Part shown: positions 22,376 to 40,283 of the stretch, piece after piece | How positions within the stretch are numbered: position 1 is the stretch's first letter | How the letters are laid out: every line of letters starts with the position of its first letter | Source of the DNA: the human T2T-CHM13v2.0 reference genome, Homo sapiens | DNA length: 64,000 bases | Direction: 5' to 3' (one strand) | NCBI RefSeq assembly: GCF_009914755.1 | Contig: NC_060935.1 | The notes under the pieces: generated by a model | What the model was told of the DNA's origin: nothing | Databases searched by the model: none | The model's input: the letters and a program-made list of their open reading frames with translations, nothing else | Program-made: the position numbers and the translations under genes

Positions 22376-23204
22376 TAATAACTGCATATATCCATTTAAC
22401 TTAGATTTGGAACTTTGTTTCTCAGATACAGATTCAGCAGTCATTACATTGAGTAACCACTATCTAAATGTTCAGATTCAACAGTCATGTTTTGAGTAAC
22501 TTCTATATGCCGGGTACTGGGTGAATACTGTCATACAACAAGCATTCTTATTCTTATTTAATTAAAGTAACATCTCTTGAGGTGTTGTCCTCCAGCCAGT
22601 ACTCTTCACAGTACCTGTGCATGCACGATAGGGCCATCACCACATCTGAACATATGTGAGGTGGATCCTCATGGCAAGTCCTCCTTCATGTCACTCCTTT
22701 TCACACATCTCACCCCCAATCCCACTAGGCAGCTGAGGAGCACAACTTCCATAGCAGCCTACTAATCTGCTGTTCACATAGACTTGAGAAGTAGATCAAA
22801 ACAGTGGGGGGGAGGGGGGAAGGAAAACATACATTCCCTGGCTGTAGAGGGAGAGCCAATTTTGTGGCATTATGAATTTGAGTTACCAAACTGTAATGAC
22901 ATACTTTCCTGTATAAGACAATTAGTATAAATGGAAAATGAAATGAAAATTATCACTTTGTAATTGTGAATGAAATCAGTTATTTGCTCATTTTAAAGTA
23001 GAATTTAAATTATACCTACATAAGTATTGTTTTGATTTTCAAGCATGCAATAAATCAGACCAGACAGGAAAACTACAAAGAACCTCCCACTGCAACACAC
23101 ACATGCCTTGTATTTAGGATTAGCATGGCAAATCCTATTAAAATGTATTTAAAATTCTTTTTTTAAAAAAATGGCATTAGCATCTGAAGGTTGACTGACT
23201 TCTA

Positions 23205-23483
<279 letters not shown>

Positions 23484-23806
23484 TTATTTTCATTTGAAAT
23501 TTCAGCACGCTTCTTCCCTCTCCACCATACCCAGCCAGTTTTCCCTAAACCTCTTCTCTATTTTGTTTTTATCCGTAACAATACCATCTAACATATTCCT
23601 GTTTTGCTTCTTTCTGTTTTCCTAGCTCTTTCCACTAGAATCTGAACACCATAACGCAGGGATTATTTTTATAGTACTATTTCATTATATTATTTTTATT
23701 ATACTATTATTTTATAGTACTGTTTACTTTTATACTCCCAGTGCTTAGATACCTAGAATAGGCACTTAATATTTGTTGAATGATTAAATCATATTGCTAT
23801 GATTAG

Positions 23807-24031
<225 letters not shown>

Positions 24032-26420
24032 CGACAGTTTGAGTAAAAGAAAAGTCATATTGAAGAAGCCCAGAGGGTTGTGCCCAGGGGCAGAAATCAT
24101 TGCCTAGTGTTCACCGGCTGACTCTCAACTGACCATTCCCATGTGGACAGGCCTTAATACTGTGAGAGGATCCTTGCTCTGCTGGCAGTTTCCCACTCCT
24201 ATGCACTTTCACAGGAACTAGAAAACTATTCTTAAACCAAAAATACCATCCGTGTTGACCCATGTTGCAGAGCCCTTACTTAAATCCTTCACTGGTGTAT
24301 GAATACTTTGTCATAATGCTGCTTTGCTGGGTAGTGAGCTCTTATTTTTCACTGGGGGTCAGCTATAACTAAAAACTCAAGTGACATATTTCAGTTACCA
24401 AAGTGGCCAGGAACTTTTTGCTTTTATGAAAATAGATTCATATTGTATTTCCCAGTGTGTCTTTTATGTCTTTGAATGTTTTGGAGAAAAGTCTATGCCT
24501 GTCTAAAAATGAATCCAGTGTTGCCTTTCTGAGGGATTTCTGCTCAATGCAATACACTGTTCAGTGCTATTCTCCCAGCTAGGTTTATCCATGAAGGACT
24601 GAGTGACCTTTGTTGTATTTAACAAAATCCAGGTGCATCAATTTCTGATGCTTTTTACTATTGTGTATTATCTACTATGTGTGTTTTATTTCTGCTGAGA
24701 GTATTCAGGTTTGCCATGGACATCAGAAGTTTGAATTCCAGTCTTATCTTATGTTCCATGGCTGAATTTTAAAGCTGTTTAGGTTTAACAATGAAGGGAT
24801 TTATTCTTTAGTCAAAATTGTTGTTTTTACTCTAGCTCAGGATTCGTATTTTTAAAGATTTAGTTAATATAAACACAGCACAGATTTGTCAGAAGAAAAA
24901 AAATTTGCTGTAATACCAAAACTAACCTCATCAAAGATACAGAAAAAAAGAAATATAGTGAGCCCTAAAGGACACATACATTGAATAAATAATTGGAACA
25001 TGTGGTTATCTTTAGATCCACATCTTAGCTGTCATTTGTTCACTCTAAAACTGATGTTCATCTTTCTGTTAATTTCCCTCTGCCTAAAGACTACATGACA
25101 GAAATGACCTATCACTACTTATTATTTCTGAAGCCTAACTGCAAGACTGATTTCTGAGAACAAGTAAAGAACTGGAATACTTATTTTTCATATAAAAATC
25201 TAAATGTGTTAATAAATCATTTCATACAAAAGTACATTATTAAATAACCACATTATTAAAATAATTGCAAGAAAATGGACCATATTTACAATGTTTTGTA
25301 AACTTGCTAGTGTGTGGATATGTACCCTACTTGTGAAATACATTTGAAGATATAAAGAGCAGCCAAAATGATGGCAAAATGGTAGGCTAATATTTTCTAT
25401 TATTATTGGAGAACATATCATATTTTGGAATCATGCAATTTTGCACACAGTGAAACCATTAATTTTCCAAGGTAATTCCTTTAGAATATGGTATTGGCAT
25501 GCAGTTTCTTACTTATCTAGAATATTTGGCTTATCTGAAAGATATCAATTTAAGATCTCTGGAAGTGTTAGAATTTTTGATCCTTCACAGTGTCAATATT
25601 TAATGAATCACTAAGCTTTATTTATTAGACGTGTTGAGTGAGTGCTGAGTTCCTTGCTGCCACTTTTGTTACCATTGTCACACACTATGTGTAAACCAGT
25701 CCCACCACTTATTACTAATAAAATTTTGACTGATAATTTATATTTGCACTTACAATATATATATCCTGTCCTTATATTTCTCTAGAGTACATTTTCCATC
25801 ATGTTTAAGTGTATTTCTGCTATTATTTCCTCTCCTGCAGAATACATACAAGTGTATGTGTATAAAGTCATACATGTACAAGCATGCATATTGAGATTGA
25901 ATCACATTTCCATACTGTCTGTTATTTTATTGGGTTTTATATTGGGTTTCTTTAGTTTATGTTGTTTTCTCAAAAGCAGCATTTTAAATTACGAATACTG
26001 GACTTATTGGATTTAATTATAAATCCAATTACTACTGGAAACTCATTTTTACATAATATAGTCCTTAAATTATTTAACCCTTGCTAAGTAATTGACATAT
26101 GTAACAATAACTAGCCTAAAGAAACCCAAAAAAGTATCTCTCCCGAGCTGAAACTTAAAAATTCGTAAGTGTAAGAAAGAATGTGAGAATATATTAAATG
26201 CACACTGTACCATTAGATGAAATCTTACTTGAGAAATTGCCATAAGCCATATTACAGATCTTACTTTGTTACTGAATCAGATTAATTTCTTGTTATAATA
26301 ATTTTCATCATAAATTTTCTATTTTTAAAGCCGCTGGTACTAGAAATATTCTTTTAATGCTATATCTATGTACCTACTGACACATTTTTCTCCATAAAAG
26401 TACTTTTAAAAATTACTTCA
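24032..26420 (+). other. PDE3B: PDE3B 3' UTR (3' end approximate)
   Basis: AT-rich stretch without recognisable repeats after the stop; AATAAA at 24984, 25211 and 25717, CATAAA at 26393; interspersed repeats resume near 26500. Confidence 0.7.
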
Positions 26421-27021
26421 TGATTTGAAAGCTGTTTCCTGCTATTATTTCATTACTTACTTTGTTGGTGCTATTGGCTTTTTCTACTTATTTTTACAAG
26501 AAACCTGGAGATTCTGGCTTACTTATCAGAAATTCTCTGTATCTAGATTGCATCATCTCATAGAAACACACTTCACAAAAGAGATGAATAGATACAACTC
26601 TGGTTCCTTCATTATAGTTGCCAGATTAATATAAGCTGCTCTAGAGTGTGTAGGGGATAGGAGTGGCAGGTGGAGCAGAAATGAATCACTTCTCAAAGGA
26701 AGGTGACTTTTAAACTCAGAACTGAAGAATTAAAGACTTAGCTCAGAAATGATTGCTTGTAGAGAGAGAATAACAGCATGTACAGAGGCCAGAAGAGAAA
26801 GCATCCCCACACTGGATAAGCCAAAAGAGATTTAGGGTGGCTGGAAGATAGAGCACAAGAAGAGGGAGTGGTAGAGAGATGGTGGTTAATGAAGGGCCTT
26901 GTAAAACATGACATGCCACTTAAACTTTATTCCTAAAGGAAATGGGAACCAATGGAAAACTTTCAATCTGGAAGAATAACACGATTAGATTTACATTTTA
27001 TGAGGATCAAATAGCATACTT

Positions 27022-27300
27022 CAGTTGTCCCTTGTTATACGTGGGGGATTGGTTCTAGGACCTCCTCAGCTATAAAAATCTTCACATATTCAATTCCCAC
27101 AGTCAACCCTATGGAACCTGCAGATACAAAAAGTTGGCCCTCTCTATACAAGGGTTACGCATCCCACAAATACTATATTTTCATCTGCATTTGGTTGCGG
27201 ATGCAGAACCTGCCAATGCAGAGCCAACTAAATTTACTGAAAAACTCCACATATAAGTGGACCCATGGAGTTCGAACCCATGTTGTTCAAGGGTCAGCTG
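27022..27300. mobile_element. TcMar-Tigger MITE (MER8/MER2-like)
   Basis: Termini cagttgtcccttg...caagggtcagctg followed by TA. Confidence 0.75.
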
Positions 27301-27305
27301 TATTT

Positions 27306-27733
27306 TGAATGGTTTAAAACTATTGTTTTGGACTGAGTTCCTGCACCTAGGCCCCAGTAGACCAGACCAAAGCAAAATGGAGTCACTCATACTAAATGCC
27401 ACACAATCAAACTGAAACTTTAAGGAAATAGGTAGATCCCCAGACTAGTTTTTCCTCAAAACAGGAGATTCCACTCTATCTGAGCATAATCAAGGAAGTC
27501 CCCTCTGCTTTAAACTGTACAAAGAAGATGTAATCTGAAGTAACCTAATGATAACCAATCAGTTTTTATTTTTCTATTATTCTTTGTTCCCATCCTTACA
27601 AAACCCACTGTTCTGCCATTACCCAGTGGGAACTTCATTCTATTTTGTAGAATGAAAGTTACCTGATACATGAATCTAGAATAAAAGCCAATTAGATCTG
27701 TAACTAATTTGTTGTTAATTTTGTCTTTTGACA
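27306..27733 (+). mobile_element. ERV1-class solo LTR (subfamily uncertain)
   Basis: LTR-like content (aaaatggagtcactcat, ccaatcag, aataaaagccaattagatc) ending ttttgaca. Confidence 0.65.
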
Positions 27734-28271
27734 GAACGGCAGAGCAAGATTTAGACATAGGGAGTGCTTGGTGATATTGACTGGAATAGATTGTGGACCA
27801 CAGGGACATGTACAGAGTTATGGTTTAAGATAGATAGAGTTGGTATGGGGGTAAGAAAGATAATAAGGGTGGCTCCCAGATTTCTGATTTAGACAGCTGT
27901 CAATATCATTCACTGAGATAGGGTATATCAGAGGAGTTGATTTTGGATGTGTTAAGAGAGTGAAGAGATGAATTCAGATTAGAGCAAAGTGAGATTAAGG
28001 GGCTTGAGACAACCAAATGTATTTCAATGTAGGTATGGAACTCAGAAAAGTGATAGGGGCTACAAGTATGGATTTGGGAGTCAACAGCAAATAGTTGGAA
28101 GTCTACTTTGAGTATCAAGCTTTCCTTTTCTCAAAAACTGTGTGTCATAGTATTGGCTTCTGGTACATTGGACAATGAGCCCTTTTTGCTTGCTAACACT
28201 GCTGCATTCTGTATCTATTATTTATCCTGGACATCTCGCCATATCACTACACAGAAAAATTCCTTATTCTT

Positions 28272-28372
28272 GGCTGGGTGTGGTGGTTCACGCTGCAATC
28301 CCAGCACTTTGGGAGGCCGAGGAGGGTGGATCTCTTAAGCTCAGGAGTTCGAGACCAGCCTGGGTAACATGG
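28272..28372 (+). mobile_element. Alu left-arm fragment/FLAM
   Basis: ggctgggtgtggtggttcacg...gagaccagcctgggtaacatgg. Confidence 0.8.
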
Positions 28373-30599
28373 CTCTCAGTATTAAGGTACTTCTACCTAT
28401 TTCTTTTTGCATGTCTTGTAATTTATGCTTTATGAAAGTTGTTACTTGGTGTGGTATTGTAACTATTATAAAGTCCTTATGAATTATAGTATTTAGAATT
28501 ACAAAGTGCACTTTTTTGTCTTATGTTTTCTGGCTTGAATTCTGCCTTGTTTTATTAAGATCATGACTCATGCTTTCTTTTTATTTGTATTTCCTGGCAT
28601 GCCTTTAACCATCCTTTTATTTTTAACCTTTAACCTATGTTTTAAGTATCTCTTCTGTACAACAACAATATAGCATTGGATTTAGCCTGAAATCAAATCC
28701 AATGCTATATTATATGAACACCTTTTTGATAGGTGAGATAAGCCCATTTATATTTATTCATGTGACTGTAAGGACTTAATTCTTCATATTATTTGCTCTT
28801 TTCTTAAAAACTCATTATTTTAATTACAACATTTAAGAAAGTGTGTATCTTTGATTCAGTGGCTATAGTTATACTATCTTTGGACCCCATTTCTTTATAG
28901 TATCTGCTTCTCATCTATAAATTAAAAATTTAGCTTGTACATATTCTTATTTCCCACTACCCAATTTAAGGCAATATTATCCTTTACTCTTGTAAATTGT
29001 ACTATTAAATATTCTTAAACTTCTACTACTTGTCACTTTTAAACTGTATCTTTTGAATTCTAACTATACAAAGCAAAGAGCTTATTCTGTGTTCTACCAT
29101 TTCTCCTCTTCTCATTTTTTGTTAGATGCATTATTTTTATCAGAGTATAAAACATTTAGATAGTATTGTCACATTTATGCCACCATTGTCTTAGTTCTAT
29201 AATTAAATGTATTCAGTGCTCAAGGCTAGTCCTTTTGTTGATGTTTCCTCAGTCATCACTTGGTTCACTGAAACTTGTCCTCATACCTGTTTAACAGTTT
29301 AGGCGCTAGAGAACTTACCGTTCAAAATCAGACGAAATTAGGGAGCCCTCAATCTAGGGCACTAATCCCAGGTAGGAGCACCACCATCTCCTTGGCATAG
29401 GAACCCAATTTATTTATACTTATTTCAGCACTTGGGGGCAAGTTCTACAGCTGCACAAACAGAAGGAGAAAATGAGATGGGGCAAATTGTTCAGCTGTTT
29501 ATCCCAGTAAATCTGCTTGATTTCTTTCCACTTTTAGAAAAAGTTCTCCTTACCTACTTCTCTCCTTATGTACCGATTTTCTCCATAGCTATCCCGTGAA
29601 GAATGGGCTCCCATCTCCACCTGTGGCTTCGTCTATGCATGATTTTATTTGTGGTTTTCTATATTTTTCCATTCACCTTCCATCTCCTAAAATTTCAAAG
29701 TATCTGATCCACTAACATTGCCCTCAACCCGTATTCTCAATGCCTTTATTCCTTTTCCTATCCTTAATGGTTATTTCAGTGATACATGAGAAAAAACAAG
29801 TGTGCTCACTTGTTGAATAAGAAATTAGATTTCTAACATTTGAGTTAGTAGCTTAGCACTGACTGATGAGAGAGAAGGCATCCCTATTGCGTAGATCCAA
29901 TGTATCTGTTACAATGTAATTTCAAAAAATAGATTTTTCCAATATGGCTTACTAATTCATGCTAATTTATATTTTTCCAAAAGTGCAGCATTTTATTTTT
30001 ACCACAGCTAACTGGTTCCAAATAATTGAGTTGAAAGCATAATGAAAAACAGCCTTATAAATAGTAAAGCATAAGATAAATTATTGGGTGTGAATAAAAG
30101 GAATATGGAATGAAATAAGGCATGCCTCTGCTGTGATCTAGAGAATTCACTTCCCCTGTGTAAACCTCTATTTCCTTGGCTATAAAATGAGCACATTAAG
30201 TGAAGTTAAGGCCCTTCTACCTTTAAAAGTTTATGAATCTACATCTTTTATAATTTGTCAGGCTTACATTAACCTGATTAAGGAAAAATGCAAACTTGGA
30301 AGCAAGGCAATGAAAATAGCATGATCTTCATTCTGCATAGATTTATGGAGTTCCTAAATTGTACTAGCAGCAGTAGTGGTGTACTCAAAAGCAAAAGAAA
30401 GCCTCCTCAACTTTTATTATAGTCTACTTCAGTTCACTAAGTTGTTTTGCCTAGTAAAACTACCTTAAAGTTCAACTTAGGCTCTTAGAGCAGATATGAC
30501 ACTAAGTAGGAGGCCCTGGGATGAGAGATTTGCTGTATCAAAGAAAGAACAAAGACTAAGGAGCAACTTGAATATGTTTGTCAAGATTCAGGAAGGTTG

Positions 30600-30725
30600 G
30601 GGCAGGATGTGACGGCTCACACCTGTAATCCCAGTACTTTGGGAAGCTGAGCTTGGAGAACTGCTTGAGCCCAGGAGTTCAAGACCAGCCTGGACAACTA
30701 TCTCTGAAAAAATAAAATAAAATAA
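30600..30725 (+). mobile_element. Alu monomer (FLAM-like)
   Basis: ggctcacacctgtaatcccagtactttggg...gaccagcctggacaac plus A-rich tail. Confidence 0.8.
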
Positions 30726-32397
30726 TTAAAGAAAGATTCAAGAAGGTAGGTTGGAAAGTTGCTTGGCTTAGCAAGTGAGGCAGACACTATAGTTGGTCTT
30801 CTGACTCTTCATAATTATCCCTAGTTTTGTTTAGATAACTACACCACCCATATGTAGCACATGTATTTTGGGAGAAGCCAACTCCATCACTACTTCTAGT
30901 AGTCAGGCATATGTTCAGGCTAAGTGAACCATAATTACACTCACAAAGCATAGTTTTAAATTAATGGATGGGCACATAACTCAGAACCTACAGGACACAA
31001 AAAACAGTTTTCTGGGGGCATCTGAAAAATTCCCTCGCTCTCCCAGAAACGATCTAAGCTTGCTTTCTCTGTATGGAGGTGAGCAAAGCACATGTGCTCC
31101 ATGAGCTAGCCTTAAGATAAAGCTGGTATCATCTGGAAGGCAAAATTCAGAGGTGGAAAGACACAGGATCTTTGATTACACCATGTAACATCTAAGCCAT
31201 ACGGACCCTAAAACTTCCACCCTTCCTCCAAATTCCCCTTTTATTGCTTAAGTGAACTTGCAAGGATTTTCTTTCCCTTGCAACTGGAAACATCTGAATA
31301 TATCCAAGATGCAAACTCCTGATGTATAACACACAAACTTGAAACTGTTCAACAACTAAGTCCAAACTAAGGTTAAATCCATATTCTTAATAGAAGTCAT
31401 TGTGTGCACTGACTCTGAGGCTGCAACTATTCATGAGCCATGTTACAAGAGCATGTACCTGTAATATAACAACTTTAGAAGAAATGATGATGTAAAAATA
31501 GCTATAAATGGGTCAATATACATTCCAGTTTGTTTAGGGCAGTCATAATTTACCCTTGTTGTCCTGACATAATTATGAATAGGACCCCATTCACTCTCAA
31601 GTGTCCCAGTTTACACAGTTACCCTGTCTCTAAAGCATGTTTTTGGATTTGAATATAATTATCTTTAGAAAAATAACACTAACCCATGGAAATGCCTAGA
31701 GACCTCTAAAAGATATAAGTGAATTCGATCTTTAATCCTTGTGATTGGTTTTAGAAAGAAGTGGTGCCAGGGAAAATGTGCCAACAAAGATTCAATAGCC
31801 ATTTATCATTTTAAATTTTAAATATATTATTGTAATGTCCTATCTACTTAACTGCTATGAAGATGGACACTCAGGGTCACACAGACCCTCATTTATAAGA
31901 AGAATGACACAGTTCTTATGAAGACAGAGCAGGAAGCAAGATATGAAAGCACTGGCAGGCTCTACATTAAATACATATTTCTTCTACCATCTCCCACCAT
32001 ATCTAAAATACCTCTATAGTCCTAACTCATTTATTTGTGTTTTAATTTCTTCTGTAGTCCTCTATTAAACTGGACTGGTACCACACAGTTTATTAATGAC
32101 AATACCTGATCAGAAGGGAGCTGGTTTCTGGAACCAAGGCCCCCCAGGACAGAAGGCAGATGGAGTCAAGAAGGGATGAAAGTACCTGGTACTAAACAAG
32201 ATGCTCAGCTTAGGGCGTCCATGACCCTTCTTAGCATTTTAAGCAACACCCATCATTTGCACCTTTGTGTCTCTCAACAGAGAATTTTACCCCAGAAGTC
32301 ATAAAATCTTGAAAAACAATCACGACTAGTGCTTGTTTCTGCTCTAGTACTATTTTAAGACACATCTGTGTTCATTTGGCTTTTTGATGCTGTGACT

Positions 32398-32403
32398 TTT
32401 ATT
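32398..32403 (-). terminator. CYP2R1: Candidate proximal CYP2R1 polyadenylation signal AATAAA
   Basis: tttatt on the + strand about 85 nt past the stop codon; further copies at 32089-32094 and 32030-32035. Confidence 0.6.
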
Positions 32404-32487
32404 CTAATACACACATTGATTTGATTAAACCAAGTTCAGGGATAAGGCAAATATACATTCTTGTTCCCGAAAACATCCCAGGCAGTT

Positions 32488-32724
<237 letters not shown>

Positions 32725-33411
32725 CTAATATTTGGATGTCATTCAGGAAATCTGGAATTTAAACAAAGAAAGAGGGAACTATGTTTATTAAAGGATTTTC
32801 TTAAATCTCAAAGAATAGAAATTGACACTTCAGCAAGCAGAACCCATTCATTTACCTCCTTTTGTTAGACCACGGACTTTTGTAAGACTTTAGTTCCATC
32901 TCCCACTTCCCTCCTATGCTGCAACAGAGCCTAAGATATGCCACAAAAGATCTAATTTGAGGTGAGACATTTTGCTCAAGAACAGTCCACTTCATTTCAA
33001 CTAAGTGTGTATTCTTCTCCAGTGAAGGGGAAGAGTTTCTAGTCCATCTTCCATGGGTCTTGTGTACCTTTTCACAGAAGAAGCAATATTTTCCTAATTG
33101 AAGATGAAGTACAATAACCAGAAGCCAAGAGAGTGAGATTCTAGTTTTACTTAAGTGACTATATCTTTTCCCTCTCTGGGTCTCAGTTTCTCAAGCTACC
33201 TGTTACTGAATTCTCATTCCACAAGTTTTGAAAAACAGATTTAGAAGAAGCCAGGGGTTCTCAAAAGTTCATCTATAGTTAATAAATTAAGGCTTATATT
33301 AAGCCGAAACAGATGTTAATTACTTCCAATTTAATCATTCTCTCCTGTTAGAATCAGTTCTGTGTTTTTAGAATTGGGATATTTAATTCTATAGAAGGAT
33401 GCTTCAGATTA

Positions 33412-33846
<435 letters not shown>

Positions 33847-33890
33847 TTAGAATTATACCTAAAGTTATTTCCCTCTGGAATAAAATAAAG

Positions 33891-34122
33891 GATAACCTAT
33901 AACAAGCCAATAGGATATAGATACATCCAGATTCAGATTTTTTATTATCTGGGCGTTCTATTGAAATATATGCTATATATCTTGTACTAACAGTAGCCAG
34001 TGCTCTGATAACCTATAACAAGCCAATAGGATATAGATACATCCAGATTCAGATTTTTTATTATCTGGGCGTTCTATTGAAATATATGCTATATATCTTG
34101 TTCTAACAGTAGCCAGTGCTCT
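33891..34122. repeat. Tandem duplication, 2 x 116 bp, in CYP2R1 intron 3
   Basis: 33891-34006 and 34007-34122 are identical except 33986 A versus 34102 T. Confidence 0.97.
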
Positions 34123-34460
34123 GGGTAGCTCTATTGTGAAAGACATAAGTAATAAGAATAAACATTAAACATACCTAGAATTGGAGTAAGAAAAATAGTA
34201 AAGCATAAAATTAGTTTTTAAAATTCTATCAGAGTTCAGATTCCAGCTCTGCCACTTGCAGACACACAGTGTTTTTTCTCATTTATAAAATGGGCATAAT
34301 AAGACCTCTTTCAGAGATTTTTTTTACATGAATTGAGATAATAGATTTGAAAACTCTTTTTTGTAACTATTAAATATTTCTATACTTGGCTGGCATCGCA
34401 GGAGTTCCTAAAGAAAATGTATTGTGCATGGCCAAGACTCAAAAACATGTATGAACCCTA

Positions 34461-35147
<687 letters not shown>

Positions 35148-35869
35148 TTAAAATATTGTATAATTCCTACTTCTCTGTATCTAAAAAATGAAAGGGAACA
35201 AAATTTTTTTAATGGATGGTTAGTCATCCTTCTCCAAATTGTCCTCCTATATAACTACATGGTTGGGTCCTGTTCTCAGCAACTCATTAGCCAGAGTATT
35301 ATAACAGATAAAGTTTTTCTACTCCTTATCTGTGGACTGGCAGAAAAGGCCTATAATTGCACCACCACAAGAAGCTAGTCAGTCCTGTGTAATTTAACCT
35401 GGTGAAATAGGCCCAGGTGACTATATTATCCAACTTTTACTATAAGCCTAATTTACCAAAGACAAATGACCACATGTTCAATGGACAAAGTTTTATCTTA
35501 GACTAAACAAACACCTAAAAAATCATCCTTCTAGGATTAGAAATTTTCTGCTTAAAAGAGAATGGATTTTAGAAAATAAATTTCCTCCCATTAAAGGGAT
35601 ATGGTAGACAATCAAGTAACTATGACAGGGGTAAGGGTACTCTGAATGAGCTGTCAATATAGTCGAAATGCTGAAGTCAAAAAAAGGGCAAACATGAAGC
35701 TCAAACTTTTCTAATGCTGATATTGCCTGCCTTAAAATTTCAGAGTCTCCACAATGTATCTGCTGTTTTGATGTTGCTACTATTGAAATTTTCTCCCTTA
35801 AATTAATTCAACATCTTCAGTGCACATATTTATGTAACATGTACTTTACTCAAAATTTCACTCATTACT

Positions 35870-36289
35870 GGGACACGGTTGTACCTCTGATAAATTTCAC
35901 ATTGATAAGTGATTCCCAATGTTGGAGGTGGGGCATGGTGGGAACTGATTGGATCATAGGGGAAGATCCCTTATGAATGGTCTTACAACATCCCCTTGGT
36001 GATAAGTGAGTTCTCGCTCAGTTAATGTGAGATCTGGTTGTTTAAAAGTTAAGGACCTCTCCCTACTTGCTCTGTTGCTACCACTCTTGCCATATGACAT
36101 GCTGGCTTTCCTCAATGCCTTCTGCCATGATTGTGAGCTTCAGTAGAAGCAGATGGCCTCAACAGAAGCAGATGCCAGCACCATGCTTCCTATAAAGTGT
36201 GCAGAACCATGAGCCAATTAAACCTCTTTTCTTTATAGGTTACCCAGCCTCGGGTATTTCTTTATAGCAATACAAAATGGACTAACACA
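35870..36289 (+). mobile_element. MaLR LTR (MST/MLT1A group)
   Basis: cccaatgttggaggtgggg...aattaaacctcttttctttata...tttatagcaatacaaaatggactaacaca. Confidence 0.75.
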
Positions 36290-37001
36290 ACCCACAATGA
36301 AAAATGTCACATTCTCTTGTGTACATGAGGTACACACAAAATTTACATTCCAACAACTTATTGTGCAATAATTTTTGAATGTAGAACTTATTAAAAAGTT
36401 ACTGTAAGGGGGTCATTAGTGCTGTGTAGCAATCTTACATTCCCATAGTCCATTCTTTTTTCTATACTCCCAGATGACTATTCATTCAACAAATATTCAT
36501 TTAACATGTATTTGTGGAACACCTACTATGTTCCAGGCAATGTTCTAAGTGTCAGGAATGTATCAGGGAACAAAAGAAGCAAAGGTCCCTGCTCTCACAG
36601 AGCTTAGACACTAGTAGGAAAGACAGACAAAACAACAAATAAATTATACAGCACGTAAAAAGATATAGGGTAGTCAGCAAAATGCTCACTGAGAAGATGA
36701 CATCTGAGTAAACATTCATAGGAGATGAGGAAGTGAGACAAGCAAATACCTGAGGAAAGACCACTGCAGTTAGAGGTAACAGCTAGTGCAATGGTGCCAA
36801 GATGAAACCAGCCCTAGAGAAATATGTGCACATGGGATATATACACAAGAAGGTACAGAGGAGCACTGTTTATAAAAACCCTACACTGGCCAAGCTGTGT
36901 GCCTGGGCATGACACTGGGCTCACCCAAAGGGCAACTTTTTCCCATTCACACAGTGGGCTAATAGTGGCCATGATTTTCTACTTCCAAGGTCAGTACATA
37001 G

Positions 37002-39087
<2,086 letters not shown>

Positions 39088-40141
39088 AACACATAATTTT
39101 CTACCTGGTTTTTAAAAATCTTAAGTTGAATGCTTTATGATAAAAACAGTCTAAACAATAAATTTACAGCTTTGAAAAATATATACTTTTCTCAAATATT
39201 ACTGTGATTGCATCATCTTTCATTTTCATCATCTTTTTAAAGGTCTATTATAATTGTGGCTGCTTCTTTGGTCTAATTGTTTGTTTTTTATTTATATTAC
39301 TGCTTTCAAGTATCATTATACTCTGGCCTGAGAATTCAGTCTTTTACAATTTGTGCTTTCTCTGCATTAGTTCATTTCCTTTGTGATGTAATATAGGATT
39401 TTAATTTTTGCCTTTTCAACCAATGTCTTTAGTTTTTGCCTATGTAAGCAAGATATTGTTAAATTTTTATTTGAAATTAAATGTGAAACTCAGAGAATTT
39501 AGGACACAACTTTAGTAAAAATTCTTATACTATTAACTATTAAAACCACTGTATGTGATCTGAACATTCTATTTTAGGCTGTCTGTTGCTGCTTTCTTCT
39601 TACCGATTTTGTCAACTTTCAGTCTTTCCCCCTTGTTGAATATGGAATCCCCAACACTGATCAATACTAAACCATACAGAATGCTAGTCCTTTACACAAA
39701 CCATGCAACTCTATACTTACTAATCACAGTGATTAGTAGTCAAAAAAGCTGCTTCAAGTTCTGTAAGCTTATAAGTAAAATGATAGTAAAAATGTCACCA
39801 AGTACTCAAGACTAGGTTCAAAAGGGCACTTCGGATTCAAGTGGAAGTATGTGTTTATTCCTAACTTGTTTCACAAAACCTGCAGATGTTATTAGGTGTT
39901 GATTCTTTAAAACATTATTTATAATACTTATTAGAGCTGGACCACAATAGAATTAGCAATGTACTGGTCTAAAATATGCGTGTAGTACAGCCTGAAAGGT
40001 CCTCAAATACTAGGTTCTGTAAATAAATAGTTTCTTATTAATCAGTATAAAATAATCCCAACTGTATGCACTAAAACTTAAAATAAGGAATGTGATTTAA
40101 AATATCTTAGTAAATCACTAAATAGGTGCAAATAAACATAC

Positions 40142-40283
40142 CTCCCATTTTTGTCATCTTCATGAATAAAGGAAGGCATGGTCTGTCTGCAAAAATTTCG
40201 CTTTGATGAACAAGGCATTCCTTTACTACATCATAGCCATTTAGAACCACAGTTGATATGCCTCCAAGATCTAAACTGAAGAT
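40142..40283 (-). CDS. CYP2R1: CYP2R1 exon 2
   Basis: caaag|ATC TTC...GGA G|gtatg, 142 nt; [35 protein letters not shown] (Leu at codon 99). Confidence 0.98.

Noticed and set aside
33891-34122. Direct repeats as a CRISPR-like array
   Set aside because: Two adjacent units with no spacers, in eukaryotic intronic DNA.
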